Positions 48,763-53,159 of a DNA stretch of 53,159 bases are shown in pieces. The notes beneath the pieces are model-generated. The model saw only the letters and a list, made by a program, of their open reading frames with translations. It had not been told where the DNA came from and ran no database searches. The stretch's first letter is position 1. The number at the start of each line of letters is the position of its first letter. The stretch is from an uncultured Bacilli bacterium (GTDB taxonomy: Bacteria; Bacillota_I; Bacilli_A; RF39; UBA660). The stretch covers positions 1-53,159 of the forward strand of contig CANQNL010000003.1 of NCBI GenBank assembly GCA_947625215.1, given 5' to 3'. The translations under genes were made by a program, and so were the position numbers.

Positions 48763-49049
48763 TATTTAAACAGTTTTGTAAATATGCTACTTTCTTTATC
48801 TTTTTTTCCATTTTCAGTATAATTTAAGCTATTTACCTTTCCTTTAATGGAAACATTGCCTTGATAAGTATCTAATTTAATTATTTCTAACTCTTCACCC
48901 TTAATAATTAAATCACCCATCGTGGTTTCCAAATAAAATTCATCTTCATCAAAACTATCAATTTTTTTTACTCCTGTAATAACTATATTTTTTCTCTCAT
49001 TAAGCGTAATTCCGTGCGTTAATGAAGAAATTGCTTCCATCTTGTCCAT
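48762..49049 (-). CDS. yabP: Sporulation protein YabP
   Basis: HGITLNERKNIVITGVKKIDSFDE...LETTMG.L.IKGEEL...V.IKG. Confidence 0.9.
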   Translation of the reverse strand: MDKMEAISSLTHGITLNERKNIVITGVKKIDSFDEDEFYLETTMGDLIIKGEELEIIKLDTYQGNVSIKGKVNSLNYTENGKKDKESSIFTKLFK

Positions 49050-49088
49050 AATTTTCCTCCTAGAAAATTATATGCACAAAAAAGAAGA

Positions 49089-49355
49089 CTATTCATCTTC
49101 TTTTAAATTATTATATTCTTCGATAATTGCATCTTCAAACATCTTACGACAATCTTGTGTAATTGGGTGTGCAATATCGTGGTACTCATCATTATTGGTT
49201 TTGCGACTTGGCATAGCAATAAATAATCCACCATCACCCTCGATAATTCTGATGCCGTGAACTGCAAAGCAATCATCTAATACCACAGATGCAATTCCAC
49301 GAATACGAGAATTCTCCTTTTCAATCTTTCTAACGTTTATTGATGTAATTTTCAA
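49089..49355 (-). CDS. spoVG: SpoVG
   Basis: MKITSINVRK...ASVVLDDCFAVHGIRIIEG..GLFIAMPSRK...DIAHPI; TTG start. Confidence 0.95.
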   Translation of the reverse strand: MKITSINVRKIEKENSRIRGIASVVLDDCFAVHGIRIIEGDGGLFIAMPSRKTNNDEYHDIAHPITQDCRKMFEDAIIEEYNNLKEDE

Positions 49356-49422
49356 GCTAACCTCTCCCTTCTGGTACCTTAAATTCCAATTTAAGTATAC
49401 AATATTTTAAAGAAAAAAACAA

Positions 49423-49671
49423 CTATTTATCAAAAATTTTAATTGTTTTTGTAATAATATCTGCATATGAGAAAGATTTTACACTTTTATTTTCGTCCAT
49501 TACTTCAACTAAAAAGATACAATTATATAATTTTGTAATCTTTGCCTTATAAGTTTCGTGCTTATTACGACCAAGATTATACTTGATAGTTAAAGGTTTC
49601 CCAATATAACTACTTAAAGTCTTTCTAATAATTTCATTATCACATACACCTTTATCTAGGATATCCCACAT
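49423..49671 (-). CDS. veg: Veg family protein
   Basis: YIGKPLTIKYNLGRNK...LY..IF.VE...SFSYADIIT; follows yabG. Start codon uncertain. Confidence 0.82.
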   Translation of the reverse strand: MWDILDKGVCDNEIIRKTLSSYIGKPLTIKYNLGRNKHETYKAKITKLYNCIFLVEVMDENKSVKSFSYADIITKTIKIFDK

Positions 49672-50434
49672 ACATTGTTCCTTTCGTAATAATTCCTCCA
49701 ATTCCATCTTTACCGTATTTGGTTTTTTCTAATATTTCTTTTAAATTAATATCTTTGTTAATATCCGATAAACTCATTTTAGCCGCTACAATGGCTGGAT
49801 CTAGAGCGTGAATATTTATTCTTTTAGGACTTGAAGCAAAATTAGCTCCCGCTTTTATAAGCTCTTCATAATAAGAAGCACACGCGCCAGCAATTATAAT
49901 TAATTTTTCGTGACTGCTTTCATATTTACGAGCATTTTTAACCGCTTCAGCAAAATATAAACTTGACTTATAAGCTGATAAATCATCCGTATTTCCTTTA
50001 CGTTTATTATAAGCATCGTGTCCTGTAATTACCACGATATTTGGTTTATACTCTTCTAATAATTTTATAATATTTCTAGGAATATCTTCTTCTTTTTCAT
50101 TAATACCCATTGCCCAAATATTTATTTTTTTATAATACTCAAGACACCTATTTAAGTAATCCATATCACTATCAATATGAAGAATTTTCCCTGGTAAATA
50201 AAAATAGTCATTACGATCTAAATCAACTTTTGTCTCTAGTCTATCTAAAAAGTCTTTTTCGTGTTCGATATCTTTATCATCGTGTTTCTTTAAATCATCG
50301 ATATTGGCATCAGCGATTAATCTTATATTCATTCCTTTTAATTTAACTTCATTTCCGTTTATTTCAATAATCTTAAAGACGACATCATTATCATAAGAAT
50401 TACGCGTTACTAAATCACCTACATTAAATTCCAT
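49652..50434 (-). CDS. yabG: Sporulation peptidase YabG
   Basis: VGDLVTRNSYDND, PGKILHIDSD, VVITGHDA, GACASYYE and ASSPKRINIHALDP. Confidence 0.93.
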   Translation of the reverse strand: MEFNVGDLVTRNSYDNDVVFKIIEINGNEVKLKGMNIRLIADANIDDLKKHDDKDIEHEKDFLDRLETKVDLDRNDYFYLPGKILHIDSDMDYLNRCLEYYKKINIWAMGINEKEEDIPRNIIKLLEEYKPNIVVITGHDAYNKRKGNTDDLSAYKSSLYFAEAVKNARKYESSHEKLIIIAGACASYYEELIKAGANFASSPKRINIHALDPAIVAAKMSLSDINKDINLKEILEKTKYGKDGIGGIITKGTMYVGYPR

Positions 50435-50702
50435 ATTATCACCCAAACAATTATATGAATTAAAAACTAAAAGTATTCTTAACACTTTTAGTTTTTTAAA
50501 ATATAAAAATTACCTTCATTATTGCTTTGATTAATATTTAAATCAGTCAAAAACGCTGAAATAGTTATTGTAATTATCAAAAAGGTACATAGTAAAATAG
50601 TTGTAATCAAGTTTGCTTTATTTAAACGAACTATCTTAATCACCTCCCTTTTATCGTCAAAAATTGCACTTTATATATAATAAAATTATGATCGGTGATA
50701 AT

Positions 50703-50927
50703 ATGATTAAATTGCAAAGATTAAAAGATTTAAGAGAAGATATGGATCTTAATCAAACTGATTTATCTAAAATTCTTAAAATGTCACAGGCACAATATTC
50801 ACGAATTGAAACTGGTGAAAATATGATAAGTTTAGATAGTCTAATTAGATTATCAGAATTTTATAATGCCAGTACAGATTATATTTTAGGTTTAACTGAT
50901 GAAAAAAGGCCATATTCTAAAAGATAA
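50703..50927 (+). CDS. XRE-family HTH transcriptional regulator
   Basis: RLKDLREDMDLNQTDLSKIL.MSQAQYSRIETG...LSEFYNASTDYILGL. Confidence 0.9.
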   Translation: MIKLQRLKDLREDMDLNQTDLSKILKMSQAQYSRIETGENMISLDSLIRLSEFYNASTDYILGLTDEKRPYSKR

Positions 50928-51111
50928 TTTAATCTTAATTAATTATATTCTTAATATGTATTATAAATGTCAAATCTAAATACCCTTATAATAAGAAAAA
51001 CATATCTTTAAATATTTAAAGGTATGTTTTATTCGCATAAAAGTAACATTTTAGAAAAATACATTTCTTTTTGACTAAAAAATGTAAAGAAAAAAAGGAA
51101 TTTTAAATTCC

Positions 51112-52509
51112 CTAATAATTTTCTATTGTATATGGTTTATCTTGGGTACCTGCTCCTGATAATTTAATATCGGATTTTAGATAGAGAGTTGGAACAACAT
51201 TACGTTCCCAACCTGCAGCATCCATACCAAGACTACCATTAGATAAAAACACAACTATTCCATCAGCATTGTCATTTGTACCTACTCCTGGTCGATATTC
51301 TGGTAAAATAGTCCAAGCAGCCACATCATCAAGAGAATGATGCATCCACTGAGTATTTCCACAAAATGTTACATTCCAAATCGCATTCGGGCTTTGCCCA
51401 CATTGTGCTTGATTTGAATTTGACTTTAAAAAATCACTTGGTGATATAAGCCCAATATAACTTTTGGAGCTGTATTGTTTTTCTTCAGAAACAATGGTAG
51501 ATAAACTTTGTGATGCCCAAGTAATTGGCCCATAATACCAATTATGATTTTCTATATATGTTTTAAAAGTTGGATTTATAGTATCATAATATGTATTATT
51601 TAAATAATTTTTTATATTAGAGTCGCTTTCGACTGTTCCACTTACTCCATCTCTTGAAAAAAAATGATTATCAAAATTTTCTGTTTCAGCCCAAACACCA
51701 CAGGCACATTTTGGTTCATCGCATTGCACATAACTACAATATCCAGTAGTTCTAGCATCTTTAGAATCAAATGCCCTCTTTTCTGGCAATGCATTATTTC
51801 GCATTATCTTAATAGTACCATCAGTTTCAATTGCTATTATTCGCCATTGTTCTCCATTAAAGGTTATATAGTTATTTGGGTTTCCACCTTTATATACATA
51901 TCTTCCCGGTTCTACAGGGTCATTATATAATCCATCTTCTGCAGTTACTATAGGCACTTCTATTCCTTTCATATCGATAACTGTACTAGGTTCCACTTCT
52001 GATTTATTCTTTTGTACATAATCTAATTTCATTTCAAAACTTGCAGTCTTATTTTCTGGTTGCTTTGTTACTTCAGGATTATATTCTATCTTTACTGTTA
52101 AGGTTGCACTATGATCTGCTAGTAACTCATCTCCTGCTGCAAGTCCAGTTGTTGTTATTAATATGGCTTCATTATTTAACTGTGGCAAGATTATTTTATT
52201 TAGCTCAGCATCTATTGTTCCTTTATTTTCTATAGTCACATCATAAGTTATATAATCTCCTGGACTTACTAAATTTACATTAAATGTTGCTTCTAAATCT
52301 TCATATTTTGGAAATTCCTCTACTGAAGATGCATCTCCTTCTTTTGCATTTTGTTTAATGTCTGTTATTTTTATATCCCAGTTACTAGTTATACTTGCTG
52401 TTCCATTTATATTTAAAAGTGTATTAAAAGCCGCATACCCTACAGTCATTAATAATAGCACTCCGCATAACGTACATATTACTATATTTCTTTTTTTCTT
52501 TTCACTCAT
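51112..52509 (-). CDS. Family member P7: conserved N-terminus with a DUF6273-like C-terminal head
   Basis: Family N-terminus followed by GRYVYKGGNPNNYITFNGEQWRII, IKNYLNNTYY, IGLISPSDF and VVPTLYLK...GAGTQDKPY. Confidence 0.82.
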   Translation of the reverse strand: MSEKKKRNIVICTLCGVLLLMTVGYAAFNTLLNINGTASITSNWDIKITDIKQNAKEGDASSVEEFPKYEDLEATFNVNLVSPGDYITYDVTIENKGTIDAELNKIILPQLNNEAILITTTGLAAGDELLADHSATLTVKIEYNPEVTKQPENKTASFEMKLDYVQKNKSEVEPSTVIDMKGIEVPIVTAEDGLYNDPVEPGRYVYKGGNPNNYITFNGEQWRIIAIETDGTIKIMRNNALPEKRAFDSKDARTTGYCSYVQCDEPKCACGVWAETENFDNHFFSRDGVSGTVESDSNIKNYLNNTYYDTINPTFKTYIENHNWYYGPITWASQSLSTIVSEEKQYSSKSYIGLISPSDFLKSNSNQAQCGQSPNAIWNVTFCGNTQWMHHSLDDVAAWTILPEYRPGVGTNDNADGIVVFLSNGSLGMDAAGWERNVVPTLYLKSDIKLSGAGTQDKPYTIENY

Positions 52510-52543
52510 ACATTTTTCTCCTTACCTAGTTTACTCTATAAAT

Positions 52544-52571
52544 ATTATACCCCCCCCCAGGTTTTTGGCAA
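52544..52571 (-). promoter_or_regulatory. Poly-G (G9) spacer promoter of P7
   Basis: Minus strand TTGCCA-AAAACCT-G9-TATAAT; spacer 16 nt. Confidence 0.85.
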
Positions 52572-52650
52572 GTATTTTCAGGGAAAATATTGAAAAAATT
52601 TGCAAAAAGAAATAGTTGAACTTTTTAAAATAATATAGTATAATTTAGTT

Positions 52651-52745
52651 AGTGAATTTATTTCACAAAAAAGGAAGCGCTGAAACTTATCAGCGACTAC
52701 CTTGTTGTTGGTAGCCTACTTAGCTTACGCTAATAGGCTTTTTTT
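52651..52745 (+). ncRNA. Candidate ~95-nt small RNA (possible antisense/antitoxin RNA)
   Basis: Promoter TTGAAC(52616)-N17-TATAAT(52639); hairpin CGCTGA/TCAGCG; terminator AGCCTA-C-TTAGC-TTAC-GCTAA-TAGGCT plus T run; no ORF. Confidence 0.55.
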
Positions 52746-53018
52746 GTTACCAAATCCCCCTGAGAGTTTATAAGCTCCTACTTGAATAAGATAAGCAAAA
52801 TGATAATAGCTAGTAAAACAATAGTAAGTATGTCTTTTTTATTTAGCCTATTATCAAACCGCCTTTTGAATCTTTTTTGATAAAAGAAGGTAGCCTATGA
52901 TAGTGGTTTCTGCACTTCAAAAAAGCAATATTATTACACAGTATTTTTATAGTCAAATTACAAATTTGCCAAATTACCATAAATAATTATATAAATAAAC
53001 CGCACCACATTGGTGCGG

Positions 53019-53159
53019 CTAATCCCAAGTACAAGGGGCAAAGACCATAGGCATAATAGGATATGATCCCATTTCATCATTGTGAACTAAAAGGTTATCA
53101 TAGCCTACATAATAATTGTGATTATCTTCTACCTCCATATTATATACTTTTGTTTTATC
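53019..53159 (-). CDS. Family member P8 (3' end only): Hint C-terminus plus 19-aa tail
   Basis: Hand translation DKTKVYNMEVEDNHNYYVGYDNLLVHN-DEMGSYPIMPMVFAPCTWD*. The first 81 bp match P1 10928-11008 with 2 mismatches; the ORF runs off the window end. Confidence 0.88.
   Translation of the reverse strand, partial: DKTKVYNMEVEDNHNYYVGYDNLLVHNDEMGSYPIMPMVFAPCTWD

Noticed and set aside
9473-52571. Poly-G tracts as G-quadruplex elements or sequencing artefacts
   Set aside because: Each tract sits at the same position between a -35 and a -10 box of paralogous genes, which favours a spacer role. The exact lengths may still be miscalled.
4631-52615. Numerous antisense or overlapping ORFs in the track (e.g. 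4631-5023, 8264-8683, 10231-10752, 17204-17419, 19897-20241, 30186-30533, 34458-35006, 52358-52615)
   Set aside because: They lie opposite or inside well-supported genes and read as shadow frames.
11009-53078. Diversity-generating retroelement as the source of the variable tips and tails
   Set aside because: There is no reverse transcriptase or template repeat in the window. The P1 and P8 tails and the P4 and P6 tips differ by indels and at positions not explained by adenine-only mutagenesis. A DGR elsewhere in the genome acting on P3/P7 is not excluded.

Overview
AT-rich window from a low-GC, spore-forming Bacillota chromosome. Its features (N-terminally shortened ClpB, PduL, cotJ/gerQ/yabG/veg/spoVG/yabPQ) are compatible with an uncultured RF39-like Bacilli lineage; the taxon is an inference. 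The housekeeping backbone is tRNA-His, clpB with CIRCE, trmL, cdaA-cdaR, mscL, trpS, a Tyr T-box ahead of deoC-tyrS, rimP-nusA-ylxR-infB-rbfA and yabG-veg-spoVG-yabP-yabQ-divIC. Scattered through it are at least eight members (P1-P8) of one exported-protein family. The seven copies whose 5' end is in the window share a conserved N-terminus (MSEK/RKRN...IGYAAFNTLL) and carry exchangeable C-terminal modules: a hypervariable Cys-bracketed domain, a Hint autoprocessing domain followed by a short variable peptide, or a DUF6273-like head. Five copies have a sigma-A promoter whose -35/-10 spacer is a poly-G tract (17, 12, 12, 12 and 9 G; spacers 24, 19, 19, 19 and 16 nt), which points to slipped-strand phase variation. 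Associated structures are an orphan 57-codon Hint C-terminal cassette, near-identical constant regions shared between copies with different tips, a 192-bp duplication of the sortase 3' end bracketing two Hint genes, a 127-bp double-hairpin repeat and a miniature IS200/IS605 (tnpB) remnant. Together these look like a phase-variable, recombination-diversified, self-processing surface-protein system. All identifications were made by eye from motifs; no searches were run.
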